DNA from: Enterobacteria phage T3
Sequence record: NC_003298.1
DNA length: 38,208 bases
Direction: 5' to 3' (one strand)
Numbering within the stretch: the stretch's first letter is position 1; each line of letters opens with the position of its first letter. Under the pieces are notes generated by a model. That model was not told where the DNA came from. It saw only the letters and a list, made by a program, of their open reading frames with translations, and did no database searches. This document shows, in pieces, positions 8,553 to 19,801 of this stretch. The position numbers and the translations under genes are program-made.

Positions 8553-8670
8553 ATGCTGCGATTGGTGTGCCGCTAAGTGGAACCAAGCTATTGAGGATGG
8601 TGACAAGGCGGCTGCTGACGCTTACCAACAACTGTACGCGCTGTGGGAGCGGCGCTTTAAGGAGGCTTAA
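8539..8670 (+). CDS. 1.8: gp1.8, small protein
   Basis: 43-aa [17 protein letters not shown]... starting at the ATG at 8539. Confidence 0.5.
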   Translation: MTLRECCDWCAAKWNQAIEDGDKAAADAYQQLYALWERRFKEA

Positions 8671-8671
8671 C

Positions 8672-8836
8672 GTGGAGCAACGTGAAATTAAATACCTTCT
8701 GACGATGGAAGGTAACACCGAGTCCTTTGAGGTTCCGGTATTCGCCCGGTCTCTCGAAGAGGCAACTCTACAGGCTGAACAATATGAGGACGCTGGGTTC
8801 GTAGTGACTCGCATCCGTCCAGAAGTGAAAGCCTAA
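8672..8836 (+). CDS. 2: Inhibitor of host RNA polymerase (gp2)
   Basis: 54 aa from a GTG at 8672 preceded by AAGGAGG; C-terminal ...[33 protein letters not shown] matches T7 gp2 from memory. Confidence 0.8.
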
Positions 8837-8856
8837 TTACCCTCACTAAAGGGAAC
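8834..8856 (+). promoter_or_regulatory. T3-type promoter (phi2.5)
   Basis: TAATTACCCTCACTAAAGGGAAC. Confidence 0.85.
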
Positions 8857-8887
8857 AACCCAACCTATCAACCAAAGGAGAAACAAT

Positions 8888-9586
8888 ATGGCTGGTTTCA
8901 AGAAGAAAGTTTACACCTCCGGTCTCGGTACTGCTGAACCTTATGCTTACCTGAGCAAGCCGGACTATGGTAACGAAGAGCGTGGCTTCGGCAACCCTCG
9001 TGGTGTCTACAAGGTAGACCTGACTCTTTCCAACAAAGACCCGCGCTGTCAGGCAATGGTCGATGAAATCGTGAAGACTCACGAAGAGGCTTATGCTGCT
9101 GCCGTTGAAGAGTTCGAGGCTAATCCGCCACAGGTACAGCGCGGTAAGAAACCACTTACACCTTACGAGGGCGACATGCCGTTCTTCGATAATGGTGACG
9201 GTACGACTACCTTCAAGTTCAAATGCTATGCGTCTTTCCAAGACAAGAAGACCAAAGAGACCAAGCACATCAATCTGGTCGTGGTTGATAGCAAAGGTAA
9301 GAAGATTCAGGAAGTGCCGATTATCGGTGGCGGCTCCAAGCTGAAAGTGAAATACTCACTGGTGCCCTACAAGTGGAACACCGCTGTGGGAGCAAGCGTC
9401 AAGCTGCAACTGGAGTCCGTGATGCTGGTCGAACTGGCTACCTTCGGCGGTGGCGGTGAAGATGAGTGGGCCGATGAAGTCGAAGATGGTGGTTACACTG
9501 CGAGTGAATCCCGTCAGTCCCGCGATGAGCAGGAGTGGCAGGAAGACGAGCACGAAGAAACCCCGGATGATGACGAGGACTTCTAA
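8888..9586 (+). CDS. 2.5: Single-stranded DNA-binding protein
   Basis: 232 aa; acidic C-terminal tail ending DDDEDF as in T7 gp2.5. Confidence 0.93.
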   Translation: MAGFKKKVYTSGLGTAEPYAYLSKPDYGNEERGFGNPRGVYKVDLTLSNKDPRCQAMVDEIVKTHEEAYAAAVEEFEANPPQVQRGKKPLTPYEGDMPFFDNGDGTTTFKFKCYASFQDKKTKETKHINLVVVDSKGKKIQEVPIIGGGSKLKVKYSLVPYKWNTAVGASVKLQLESVMLVELATFGGGGEDEWADEVEDGGYTASESRQSRDEQEWQEDEHEETPDDDEDF

Positions 9587-10044
9587 TGGCTGGCGCATAC
9601 GCTGCGAGGTGTACGCAAGGTCGGGCTTTCCGCTCCGGCCTAGAAGATAAAGTCTCAAAGCAGCTTGAGAGTAAGGGCATTAAGTTCGACTATGAACTTT
9701 GGCGAATCCCTTACGTCATCCCTGAGAGTGACCACTTATACACTCCAGACTTCCTGCTACCTAACGGTATCTTCATTGAGACCAAAGGGCTGTGGGATTC
9801 CGATGACCGCAAGAAACACCTTTTGATTCGTGAGCAACACCCTGAACTGGACATTCGCTTGGTCTTCTCAAGCAGCCGCTCAAAGCTCTACAAGGGTAGC
9901 CCAACAAGCTACGGTGAGTGGTGCGAGAAGCATGGCATTCTGTTTGCTGACAAGCTGATACCAGTGGCTGGCGTCAAAGAACCCAAGAAGGAGGTTCCGT
10001 TCGATAAATTTAAGACTAAGAAAGGAGTAAAGAAAAATGGCTAA
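9586..10044 (+). CDS. 3: Endonuclease I (Holliday junction resolvase)
   Basis: 152-aa ORF at the gene 3 position; TAATG overlap with gene 2.5. Confidence 0.88.
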   Translation: MAGAYAARCTQGRAFRSGLEDKVSKQLESKGIKFDYELWRIPYVIPESDHLYTPDFLLPNGIFIETKGLWDSDDRKKHLLIREQHPELDIRLVFSSSRSKLYKGSPTSYGEWCEKHGILFADKLIPVAGVKEPKKEVPFDKFKTKKGVKKNG

Positions 10045-10492
10045 AGTTCAATTCAAACCACGAGCAACCACGGAGGCAATCTTTGTGCATTGCTCTGCAA
10101 CCAAACCGAGCCAGAACGTTGGTGTTCGTGAGATTCGTCAGTGGCATAAAGAGCAAGGCTGGCTGGACGTAGGGTATCACTTCATCATCAAGCGCGATGG
10201 TACTGTGGAAGCAGGCCGTGATGAACTGGCTGTAGGTTCCCACGCTAAGGGCTACAATCACAACTCTATTGGTGTCTGCCTTGTAGGTGGTATCGACGAT
10301 AAAGGTAAGTTTGACGCTAACTTTACGCCAGCCCAAATGCAATCTCTTCGCTCACTGCTGGTCACACTGCTGGCGAAGTACGAAGGGTCTGTTCTCCGTG
10401 CTCACCACGATGTTGCACCTAAAGCCTGCCCGTCCTTCGACTTGAAGCGCTGGTGGGAGAAGAACGAACTGGTTACATCTGACCGAGGGTAG
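10037..10492 (+). CDS. 3.5: Lysozyme (N-acetylmuramoyl-L-alanine amidase), RNAP-binding regulator
   Basis: 151 aa, same length as T7 lysozyme; amidase_2-like sequence. Confidence 0.92.
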   Translation: MAKVQFKPRATTEAIFVHCSATKPSQNVGVREIRQWHKEQGWLDVGYHFIIKRDGTVEAGRDELAVGSHAKGYNHNSIGVCLVGGIDDKGKFDANFTPAQMQSLRSLLVTLLAKYEGSVLRAHHDVAPKACPSFDLKRWWEKNELVTSDRG

Positions 10493-10496
10493 ACCT

Positions 10497-10604
10497 ATGA
10501 GGATGATTTGCATTCGTTGTGACAAGCCTTTGAAGAGTCGCGTACCATCACGTCAGTGTCAGTGCAAAGACCCGATCAAGGCTGAGGAACACACCGAGAA
10601 GTAA
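10497..10604 (+). CDS. Small Cys-rich protein (3.7-like)
   Basis: 35-aa ORF MRMICIRCDKPL...; its stop overlaps the phi4 promoter. Confidence 0.4.
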   Translation: MRMICIRCDKPLKSRVPSRQCQCKDPIKAEEHTEK

Positions 10605-10625
10605 TTAACACTCACTAAAGGGAGA
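10603..10625 (+). promoter_or_regulatory. T3-type promoter variant with A at -10 (phi4)
   Basis: AATTAACACTCACTAAAGGGAGA; differs from the consensus only by C to A at -10. Confidence 0.75.
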
Positions 10626-10630
10626 CTTAA

Positions 10631-12370
<1,740 letters not shown>

Positions 12371-12417
12371 AGGATGCCCGTGTGGGCATTCCGATTGCGA
12401 TGGAATCATGTACCACT

Positions 12418-12440
12418 AATTAACCCTCACTAACGGGAAC
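12418..12440 (+). promoter_or_regulatory. T3-type promoter, class II (phi4.3)
   Basis: AATTAACCCTCACTAACGGGAAC. Confidence 0.85.
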
Positions 12441-12465
12441 AACCTCAAACCATAGGAGACACATC

Positions 12466-12678
12466 ATGTTTAAATTCATTAACACTTTAGGTAAGCTGGT
12501 AGTCAAACTGTACTTCATCGAAGCCAAGAAGCTGGACAAGAAAGCCAAAGCTGATTCACAGCGTGCCATTGAGTTGGCGAAACAGTCCCGTGAGAAATCC
12601 GATGCGGCTGTTAGTGGCGTCCATAAGTCGGCAGCGATTGCAGCCAAAGCGCAGTCCATGAGCAAATTCTTTGAGTAA
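12466..12678 (+). CDS. 4.3: gp4.3, function unknown
   Basis: 70-aa ORF with SD. Confidence 0.7.
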   Translation: MFKFINTLGKLVVKLYFIEAKKLDKKAKADSQRAIELAKQSREKSDAAVSGVHKSAAIAAKAQSMSKFFE

Positions 12679-12690
12679 TAGGAGCACAAC

Positions 12691-12975
12691 ATGAGTAAAT
12701 CAATCAAGCACGCAAACACCATCCGTCTGCCGGACACTGCTGACCAGTTCGCTCGTCGGGTACACATTAATGTGCGTGGCGAGAAGGTCACAATGGTCTA
12801 CCGCTGGAAAGACCACAAGTCTCCGAAGGCACACACTCAGCGTATGACCTTGGACGACAAGCAGGTAGGCCGCCTGATGGGTGCCCTGACTATGGCTGCT
12901 GACAATGTGGTTGGGGATAACCGCGAGCGTCTGGTAGAGTTCGGCGCTGGTATGCAAGAGATTATCGAGAAGTGA
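12691..12975 (+). CDS. 4.5: gp4.5, function unknown
   Basis: 94-aa ORF with SD. Confidence 0.7.
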   Translation: MSKSIKHANTIRLPDTADQFARRVHINVRGEKVTMVYRWKDHKSPKAHTQRMTLDDKQVGRLMGALTMAADNVVGDNRERLVEFGAGMQEIIEK

Positions 12976-13012
12976 TAAACTCAAGGTCGCCCAAGGGTGG
13001 CCTTTATGATTA
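12976..13012 (+). promoter_or_regulatory. RNase III-type processing hairpin (R4.7-like)
   Basis: AAACTCAAGGTC ... GTGGCCTTTATGATTA. Confidence 0.7.
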
Positions 13013-13042
13013 TCATTTAGCACGAAACCAAAGGAGGGCATT

Positions 13043-15157
13043 ATGCTCGTAAGTGACATTGAGGCCAACAACCTCTTAGAGAAAGTCACCAAGTTTCACT
13101 GTGGCGTCATCTATGACTACCGTGATGGTGAGTATCATAGTTATCGTCCGGGCGACTTCGGGGCGTATCTGGATGCGCTGGAAGCCGAGGTGAAGCGAGG
13201 TGGGCTTATTGTTTTCCATAACGGTCACAAGTATGACGTTCCTGCATTGACCAAACTGGCAAAGCTGCAATTGAACCGAGAGTTCCACCTTCCTCGTGAG
13301 AACTGTATCGACACCCTTGTGCTGTCACGCTTGATTCACTCTAACCTAAAGGACACCGATATGGGTCTTCTGCGTTCCGGTAAACTTCCGGGGAAACGCT
13401 TTGGGTCTCACGCTCTGGAGGCGTGGGGTTATCGCTTAGGCGAGATGAAGGGTGAATACAAGGATGACTTTAAGCGTATGCTTGAAGAGCAAGGCGAAGA
13501 ATACGTTGACGGAATGGAGTGGTGGAACTTCAATGAAGAGATGATGGACTATAACGTTCAGGACGTTGTGGTCACTAAGGCTCTCCTTGAGAAGCTACTC
13601 TCTGACAAACATTACTTCCCTCCTGAGATTGACTTTACGGACGTAGGTTACACTACGTTCTGGTCAGAATCCCTTGAGGCCGTTGATGTTGAACATCGCG
13701 CTGCATGGCTACTCGCTAAGCAAGAGCGCAATGGATTCCCGTTTGACACGAAAGCAATCGAAGAGTTGTACGTAGAGTTAGCTGCTAGACGCTCTGAGTT
13801 GCTACGTAACTTGACCGAAACGTTTGGCTCGTGGTATCAACCTAAAGGTGGAACAGAAATGTTCTGCCATCCACGAACAGGTAAGCCACTACCTAAATAC
13901 CCTCGCATTAAGATACCTAAAGTTGGTGGTATCTTTAAGAAGCCTAAGAACAAGGCACAGCGAGAAGGCCGTGAGCCTTGCGAACTGGATACCCGCGAGT
14001 ACGTTGCTGGCGCTCCTTATACTCCAGTGGAGCACGTAGTGTTTAACCCTTCGTCTCGTGACCACATCCAGAAGAAACTCCAAGAGGCTGGGTGGGTCCC
14101 AACTAAGTTCACCGATAAGGGTGCTCCTGTGGTGGACGATGAGGTACTCGAAGGAGTACGCGTAGATGACCCTGAGAAGCAAGCGGCTATCGACCTCATT
14201 AAAGAGTACTTGATGATTCAGAAGCGAATCGGACAGTCTGCTGAGGGAGACAAGGCATGGCTTCGTTACGTTGCTGAGGACGGTAAGATTCATGGTTCTG
14301 TTAACCCTAATGGAGCAGTTACGGGTCGTGCGACCCATGCGTTCCCCAACCTTGCGCAAATTCCGGGTGTACGTTCTCCTTATGGAGAGCAGTGTCGCGC
14401 TGCTTTTGGCGCTGAGCACCATTTGGATGGGATAACTGGTAAGCCTTGGGTTCAGGCAGGTATCGACGCATCCGGCCTTGAGTTGCGCTGCTTGGCCCAC
14501 TTCATGGCTCGCTTTGATAACGGTGAGTATGCTCACGAGATTCTTAATGGTGACATCCACACTAAGAACCAGATGGCTGCTGAATTACCTACCCGTGATA
14601 ACGCTAAGACGTTCATCTATGGGTTCCTCTATGGTGCTGGTGATGAGAAGATTGGGCAGATTGTTGGTGCTGGTAAAGAGCGCGGTAAGGAACTCAAGAA
14701 GAAATTCCTTGAGAACACACCTGCGATTGCAGCACTACGTGAGTCTATACAACAGACGCTTGTCGAATCCTCTCAGTGGGTAGCTGGTGAGCAGCAAGTC
14801 AAGTGGAAACGCCGCTGGATTAAAGGTCTGGATGGTCGTAAGGTACACGTTCGTAGTCCTCACGCTGCCCTGAATACCCTACTGCAATCCGCTGGTGCTC
14901 TCATCTGCAAACTGTGGATTATCAAGACCGAAGAGATGCTCGTAGAGAAAGGCTTGAAGCACGGCTGGGATGGGGACTTTGCGTACATGGCATGGATACA
15001 CGACGAAATTCAGGTAGCTTGTCGTACCGAAGAAATCGCTAAGACTGTCATAGAGGTCGCACAAGAAGCGATGCGTTGGGTTGGAGAGCATTGGAACTTC
15101 CGTTGCTTACTCGACACCGAGGGTAAGATGGGAGCCAACTGGAAAGAATGTCACTAA
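13043..15157 (+). CDS. 5: DNA polymerase (family A)
   Basis: 704 aa, same length as T7 gp5; AAAGGAGG SD. Confidence 0.97.
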
Positions 15158-15167
15158 TGGAGGTATT

Positions 15168-15473
15168 ATGGGAGGCGTTGCAACATTGCGGTTTCACAAG
15201 ATGCCTACCGGATGTATCGTGTGCGTTTCCCATAAGAGAAACCAAGATGGATACTTCCGGTATAGCATAGGGTCTTCTCGTAAAGGTGAGAAGAAACACT
15301 TTATGTTTCATCGATGGGTGTGGGAACAACATAAAGGTCCGATACCAGATGGTTACGAGATAGACCACATATGTCTTAATAGAGGTTGTTGTAACGTAGA
15401 GCACCTACAGTGTATACCAAAGCGAGACCACATTATTAAGACAAACAAAGAGCGTAAACTTGTCAAGAAATAA
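15168..15473 (+). CDS. 5.3: HNH endonuclease (homing endonuclease-like)
   Basis: 101 aa from the ATG at 15168 (SD GGAGG); HNH motif ...EIDHICLNRGCCNVEHLQCIPKRDH... Confidence 0.8.
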   Translation: MGGVATLRFHKMPTGCIVCVSHKRNQDGYFRYSIGSSRKGEKKHFMFHRWVWEQHKGPIPDGYEIDHICLNRGCCNVEHLQCIPKRDHIIKTNKERKLVKK

Positions 15474-15486
15474 AGGAGAAATTATT

Positions 15487-15783
15487 ATGGCTATCACTAA
15501 GAAATTTAAAGTGTCCTTTGATGTTACCCTTAAGCTGGACAGCGAGACCGAAGAACTGATGCGAGAAAAGATTCTGGACTTAGCGCATCGTGCTGGTGCT
15601 GGTGAGGAGATTACTCCTATGGACCGAGAGTTGCTCGTTCAGGCCCTAACACGCGGTCCAGACGGTGCTGCTGCATTTGCTGTACGCCAAGGTATCCGTA
15701 ATGCTGTCAAGGAGATGTTCGAAGAGACTAGTGATAAATCACTGTTAAAACTCTCTCCTGCAACTGTACGGGAGGTGTTCTGA
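15487..15783 (+). CDS. 5.5: gp5.5 (H-NS-binding protein in T7)
   Basis: 98 aa from the ATG at 15487 preceded by AAGGAG. Confidence 0.7.
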   Translation: MAITKKFKVSFDVTLKLDSETEELMREKILDLAHRAGAGEEITPMDRELLVQALTRGPDGAAAFAVRQGIRNAVKEMFEETSDKSLLKLSPATVREVF

Positions 15784-15992
15784 TGTCTGACTACCTGAAA
15801 GTGCTACAAGCAATCAAAGGTTGCCCTAAGACTTTCCAGTCCAACTATGTACGGAACAATGCGAGCCTCGTAGCGGAGGCCGCTTCCCGTGGTCACATCT
15901 CGTGCCTGACCACAAGTGGACGTAACGGTGGCGCTTGGGAAATTACTGCTTCTGGTACTCGCTTTTTGAAACGAATGGGAGGTTGTGTCTAA
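15783..15992 (+). CDS. 5.7: gp5.7
   Basis: 69-aa ORF, same size as T7 gp5.7; TGATG overlap. Confidence 0.7.
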   Translation: MSDYLKVLQAIKGCPKTFQSNYVRNNASLVAEAASRGHISCLTTSGRNGGAWEITASGTRFLKRMGGCV

Positions 15993-16150
15993 TGTCTCGT
16001 GACCTTGTGACTATTCCGCGCGATGTGTGGAACGATATGCAAGGCTACATCGACTCTCTTGAACGTGAGAACGATAGCCTTAAGAATCAACTGATGGAAG
16101 CTGACGAATACGTGGCTGAGCTAGAGGAGAAACTTAATGGCACTTCTTGA
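15992..16150 (+). CDS. 5.9: RecBCD inhibitor gp5.9
   Basis: 52 aa [52 protein letters not shown], nearly identical to T7 gp5.9 from memory. Confidence 0.85.
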   Translation: MSRDLVTIPRDVWNDMQGYIDSLERENDSLKNQLMEADEYVAELEEKLNGTS

Positions 16151-17045
16151 CCTTAAACAATTCTACGAGTTACGTGAAGGCTGTGACGACAAAGGTATCC
16201 TTGTGATGGATGGAGACTGGCTGGTCTTCCAAGCGATGAGTGCTGCTGAGTTTGATGCCTCATGGGAGGAAGAGATTTGGCACCGCTGCTGCGACCACGC
16301 TAAGGCCCGTCAGATTCTTGAGGATTCCATTAAGTCCTACGAGACCCGCAAGAAGGCTTGGGTAGGTGCTCCGATTGTCCTTGCGTTCACCGATAGTGTT
16401 AACTGGCGTAAAGAACTGGTTGACCCGAACTACAAGGCTAACCGCAAGGCAACCAAGAAACCTGTAGGTTACTTTGAGTTCCTTGAGGCTCTCTTTGAGC
16501 GTGAAGAGTTCTATTGCATCCGTGAGCCTATGCTTGAAGGTGATGACGTTATGGGAGTTATCGCTTCCAACCCGTCTGCATTCGGTGCTCGTAAGGCTGT
16601 AATCATCTCGTGCGATAAGGACTTTAAGACCATCCCTAACTGTGACTTCCTGTGGTGTACCACTGGTAACATCCTGACTCAGACCAAAGAGACCGCTGAT
16701 TGGTGGCATCTCTTCCAGACCATCAAGGGTGATATGACCGATGGCTACTCCGGGATTCCCGGCTGGGGCGATACGGCAGAAGGTTTCCTGAATGACCCGT
16801 TCATTGTGGAGCCTGTAGAGTCCGTGTTGAAGTCTGGTAAGAACAAGGGGCAGACAGTAACCAAGTGGGTGAAGCGTGCTCCTGATGCGACTGAGACTCT
16901 GTGGGACTGCATTAAATCCATTGGTGCAAAGGCTGGGATGACCGAGCAGGAAATCATCAAGCAAGGCCAGATGGCTCGCATTCTTCGCTTCGAGGAATAC
17001 AATTACATTGACAAGGAGATCTACTTATGGACGCCGCGAAGCTGA
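16137..17045 (+). CDS. 6: 5'-3' exonuclease
   Basis: 302-aa ORF at the gene 6 position and size. Confidence 0.92.
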
Positions 17046-17140
17046 TTACCGTCGCTGTGCTGGTAGGTATGCTGGCGCGTGGTCTCTGGATGTTCGCTCT
17101 CATAGTCCGAGACGTGAAGCGAGACTCAGAGATTAAGTGA
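17027..17140 (+). CDS. 6.3: gp6.3 small protein
   Basis: 37-aa [40 protein letters not shown]; overlaps the end of gene 6. Confidence 0.6.
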
Positions 17141-17141
17141 T

Positions 17142-17199
17142 AAACTCAAGGCTCTCTACAATTAACCCTCACTAAAGGGAAGAGGGAGCCTTTATGATT
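17142..17199 (+). promoter_or_regulatory. RNase III-type hairpin (R6.5-like) with the phi6.5 promoter in its loop
   Basis: AAACTCAAGGCTCTC ... GAGGGAGCCTTTATGATTA encloses AATTAACCCTCACTAAAGGGAAG (17160-17182). Confidence 0.75.
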
Positions 17200-17233
17200 A
17201 TTACTTTAAGACTTAACCCTAAGAGGTGAAATT

Positions 17234-17479
17234 ATGTTACAACCAATTAATCATGTTTTAACTCATCCCGATGATATTCCTAGTATGCCTCGTGCAGCTA
17301 AAGAGTATCTACAGGTGCGCTTCAATCAGGCTTATGTGATGGAGTCCGGGGAGTACCGTGCGCTCCGCGCTGCTGGATACTCTGAGTCTTTCATTGCGGG
17401 TGTGATGCATGGTCTGTACCTTGCCTCTCGTACACTTGATGAGATTGAGGTGCGTAAAGAGCAACTGAGACAGGAGTAA
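17234..17479 (+). CDS. 6.5: gp6.5
   Basis: 81-aa ORF with SD. Confidence 0.7.
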   Translation: MLQPINHVLTHPDDIPSMPRAAKEYLQVRFNQAYVMESGEYRALRAAGYSESFIAGVMHGLYLASRTLDEIEVRKEQLRQE

Positions 17480-17483
17480 TTAT

Positions 17484-17735
17484 ATGTGCTGGAAACCGAA
17501 GGTGAAAGTCCCTAAGATGGACACTAACCAGATTCGCGCTGCCGAACCAGCACCTTTGACTGAACCACCGAAATCTGTGGTATGGGGAGGCGATGACGAT
17601 GAGGACACCAGCGTGTCTTCCTCTGAGGTGCCAACCACACCGAGCAGCGGTAAGAGCAGTCTAAAGGTAAAGCTGGACGACAGCGCAGCCAAGAACAAGA
17701 GTAAATCCTCCATTCGCTCCAAGGCGTTTGGGTAA
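17484..17735 (+). CDS. 6.7: gp6.7 (small virion protein in T7)
   Basis: 83-aa ORF with SD. Confidence 0.7.
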   Translation: MCWKPKVKVPKMDTNQIRAAEPAPLTEPPKSVVWGGDDDEDTSVSSSEVPTTPSSGKSSLKVKLDDSAAKNKSKSSIRSKAFG

Positions 17736-17761
17736 TTGTGACATAACATAGGGGACACATT

Positions 17762-18082
17762 ATGGGATTCTTCAAGAAAATCAAGAAAGCTGTTAAGAAA
17801 GTAGTTAAGGAAGTTGGTAAACCGATCGAGAAGGCTGGTAAGGAAGTCGGTAAAGCCGTTGGTGGGGCGCTGGGTGCTGGTAAGCAGGAGATTATCCAAC
17901 AAGAGGCTCCGGCACCAGTAGTAGCTGCACCACCACCAGCACAGGTTGTAGATGTACCTGAACAGGATAAGGCTGAGGGTGAGGATGAGGCGCAAACCGA
18001 GAGCGCACGTAAGAAGGCCCGCGCTGGTGGTAAGAAGGCACTTAGCGTAGCTCGCAGTTCCGGCGGTGGAATCAATATCTGA
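17762..18082 (+). CDS. 7.3: gp7.3 (lysine-rich tail/host-range protein)
   Basis: 106 aa; C-terminal ...EDEAQTESARKKARAGGKKALSVARSSGGGINI matches T7 gp7.3 from memory. Confidence 0.8.
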   Translation: MGFFKKIKKAVKKVVKEVGKPIEKAGKEVGKAVGGALGAGKQEIIQQEAPAPVVAAPPPAQVVDVPEQDKAEGEDEAQTESARKKARAGGKKALSVARSSGGGINI

Positions 18083-18092
18083 GGAGGACTGA

Positions 18093-19700
18093 ATGGCTGA
18101 TTCAAAACGTACAGGATTGGGCGAAGACGGTGCTAAAGCTACCTATGACCGCCTAACAAACGACCGTAGAGCCTATGAGACTCGTGCGGAGAACTGTGCG
18201 CAATACACCATTCCGTCCTTGTTCCCGAAGGAGTCCGATAACGAATCTACCGACTACACGACTCCGTGGCAGGCTGTAGGTGCGCGGGGTCTCAACAATC
18301 TAGCCTCTAAGTTAATGCTTGCGTTATTCCCGATGCAGTCGTGGATGAAGCTGACCATTAGCGAATATGAGGCGAAGCAGCTTGTTGGAGACCCTGATGG
18401 ACTCGCTAAGGTGGACGAAGGTCTGTCAATGGTTGAGCGCATAATCATGAACTATATCGAATCCAACAGTTACCGCGTAACACTCTTTGAGTGCCTCAAG
18501 CAGTTGATCGTGGCTGGTAACGCCCTGCTTTACTTACCGGAACCAGAAGGTAGCTACAATCCGATGAAGCTGTACCGATTGTCTTCTTATGTTGTCCAAA
18601 GAGACGCATACGGCAATGTGTTACAGATTGTCACTCGTGACCAGATAGCCTTTGGTGCTCTCCCGGAAGACGTTAGGTCTGCGGTAGAGAAATCTGGTGG
18701 TGAGAAGAAGATGGACGAAATGGTCGATGTGTACACCCATGTGTATCTCGATGAAGAGTCCGGCGATTACCTCAAGTACGAGGAAGTAGAGGACGTTGAG
18801 ATTGATGGTTCCGATGCCACCTATCCGACTGACGCGATGCCCTACATTCCGGTTCGCATGGTTCGCATTGATGGCGAGTCTTACGGTCGCTCCTACTGTG
18901 AAGAATACTTAGGTGACTTAAGGTCGCTTGAGAATCTCCAAGAGGCTATCGTTAAGATGAGTATGATTAGCGCGAAGGTCATTGGTCTGGTGAACCCGGC
19001 TGGCATTACGCAGCCCCGTAGATTAACCAAAGCTCAGACTGGTGACTTCGTTCCAGGCCGTCGAGAAGATATTGACTTCCTGCAACTGGAGAAGCAAGCT
19101 GACTTTACCGTAGCGAAAGCTGTGAGTGACCAGATAGAAGCACGCTTATCGTATGCCTTTATGTTGAACTCTGCGGTACAGCGCACAGGCGAACGTGTGA
19201 CCGCCGAAGAGATTCGATACGTTGCGTCAGAACTGGAAGATACGCTTGGTGGCGTCTACTCGATTCTGTCTCAAGAATTGCAATTGCCTCTGGTACGTGT
19301 GCTCTTGAAGCAACTCCAAGCAACCTCGCAGATTCCTGAGCTACCGAAAGAAGCCGTTGAGCCTACTATCAGTACAGGTCTGGAAGCAATTGGTCGTGGT
19401 CAAGACCTCGATAAGCTGGAGCGTTGCATCTCAGCGTGGGCGGCTCTTGCCCCTATGCAGGGAGACCCGGACATTAATCTTGCTGTCATTAAGCTACGCA
19501 TTGCTAACGCTATAGGTATTGATACTTCTGGTATCCTACTGACGGATGAACAGAAGCAAGCCCTTATGATGCAGGATGCGGCACAAACAGGCGTCGAGAA
19601 TGCTGCGGCTGCTGGTGGTGCTGGTGTTGGTGCTTTGGCTACCTCAAGTCCAGAAGCCATGCAAGGTGCTGCTGCCAAGGCTGGCCTCAACGCCACCTAA
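18093..19700 (+). CDS. 8: Portal (head-tail connector) protein
   Basis: 535 aa, GAGGAGG SD. Confidence 0.95.
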   Translation: MADSKRTGLGEDGAKATYDRLTNDRRAYETRAENCAQYTIPSLFPKESDNESTDYTTPWQAVGARGLNNLASKLMLALFPMQSWMKLTISEYEAKQLVGDPDGLAKVDEGLSMVERIIMNYIESNSYRVTLFECLKQLIVAGNALLYLPEPEGSYNPMKLYRLSSYVVQRDAYGNVLQIVTRDQIAFGALPEDVRSAVEKSGGEKKMDEMVDVYTHVYLDEESGDYLKYEEVEDVEIDGSDATYPTDAMPYIPVRMVRIDGESYGRSYCEEYLGDLRSLENLQEAIVKMSMISAKVIGLVNPAGITQPRRLTKAQTGDFVPGRREDIDFLQLEKQADFTVAKAVSDQIEARLSYAFMLNSAVQRTGERVTAEEIRYVASELEDTLGGVYSILSQELQLPLVRVLLKQLQATSQIPELPKEAVEPTISTGLEAIGRGQDLDKLERCISAWAALAPMQGDPDINLAVIKLRIANAIGIDTSGILLTDEQKQALMMQDAAQTGVENAAAAGGAGVGALATSSPEAMQGAAAKAGLNAT

Positions 19701-19720
19701 TTACCCTCACTAAAGGGAGA
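19698..19720 (+). promoter_or_regulatory. T3-type promoter, class III (phi9)
   Basis: TAATTACCCTCACTAAAGGGAGA. Confidence 0.9.
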
Positions 19721-19801
19721 CCTCATCTTTGAAATGAGCGATGACTAAAGGTTGGAGTCCTTTGGTTTCCCTTTATCTTTAATAACTTAGGAGATTTAAT
19801 A

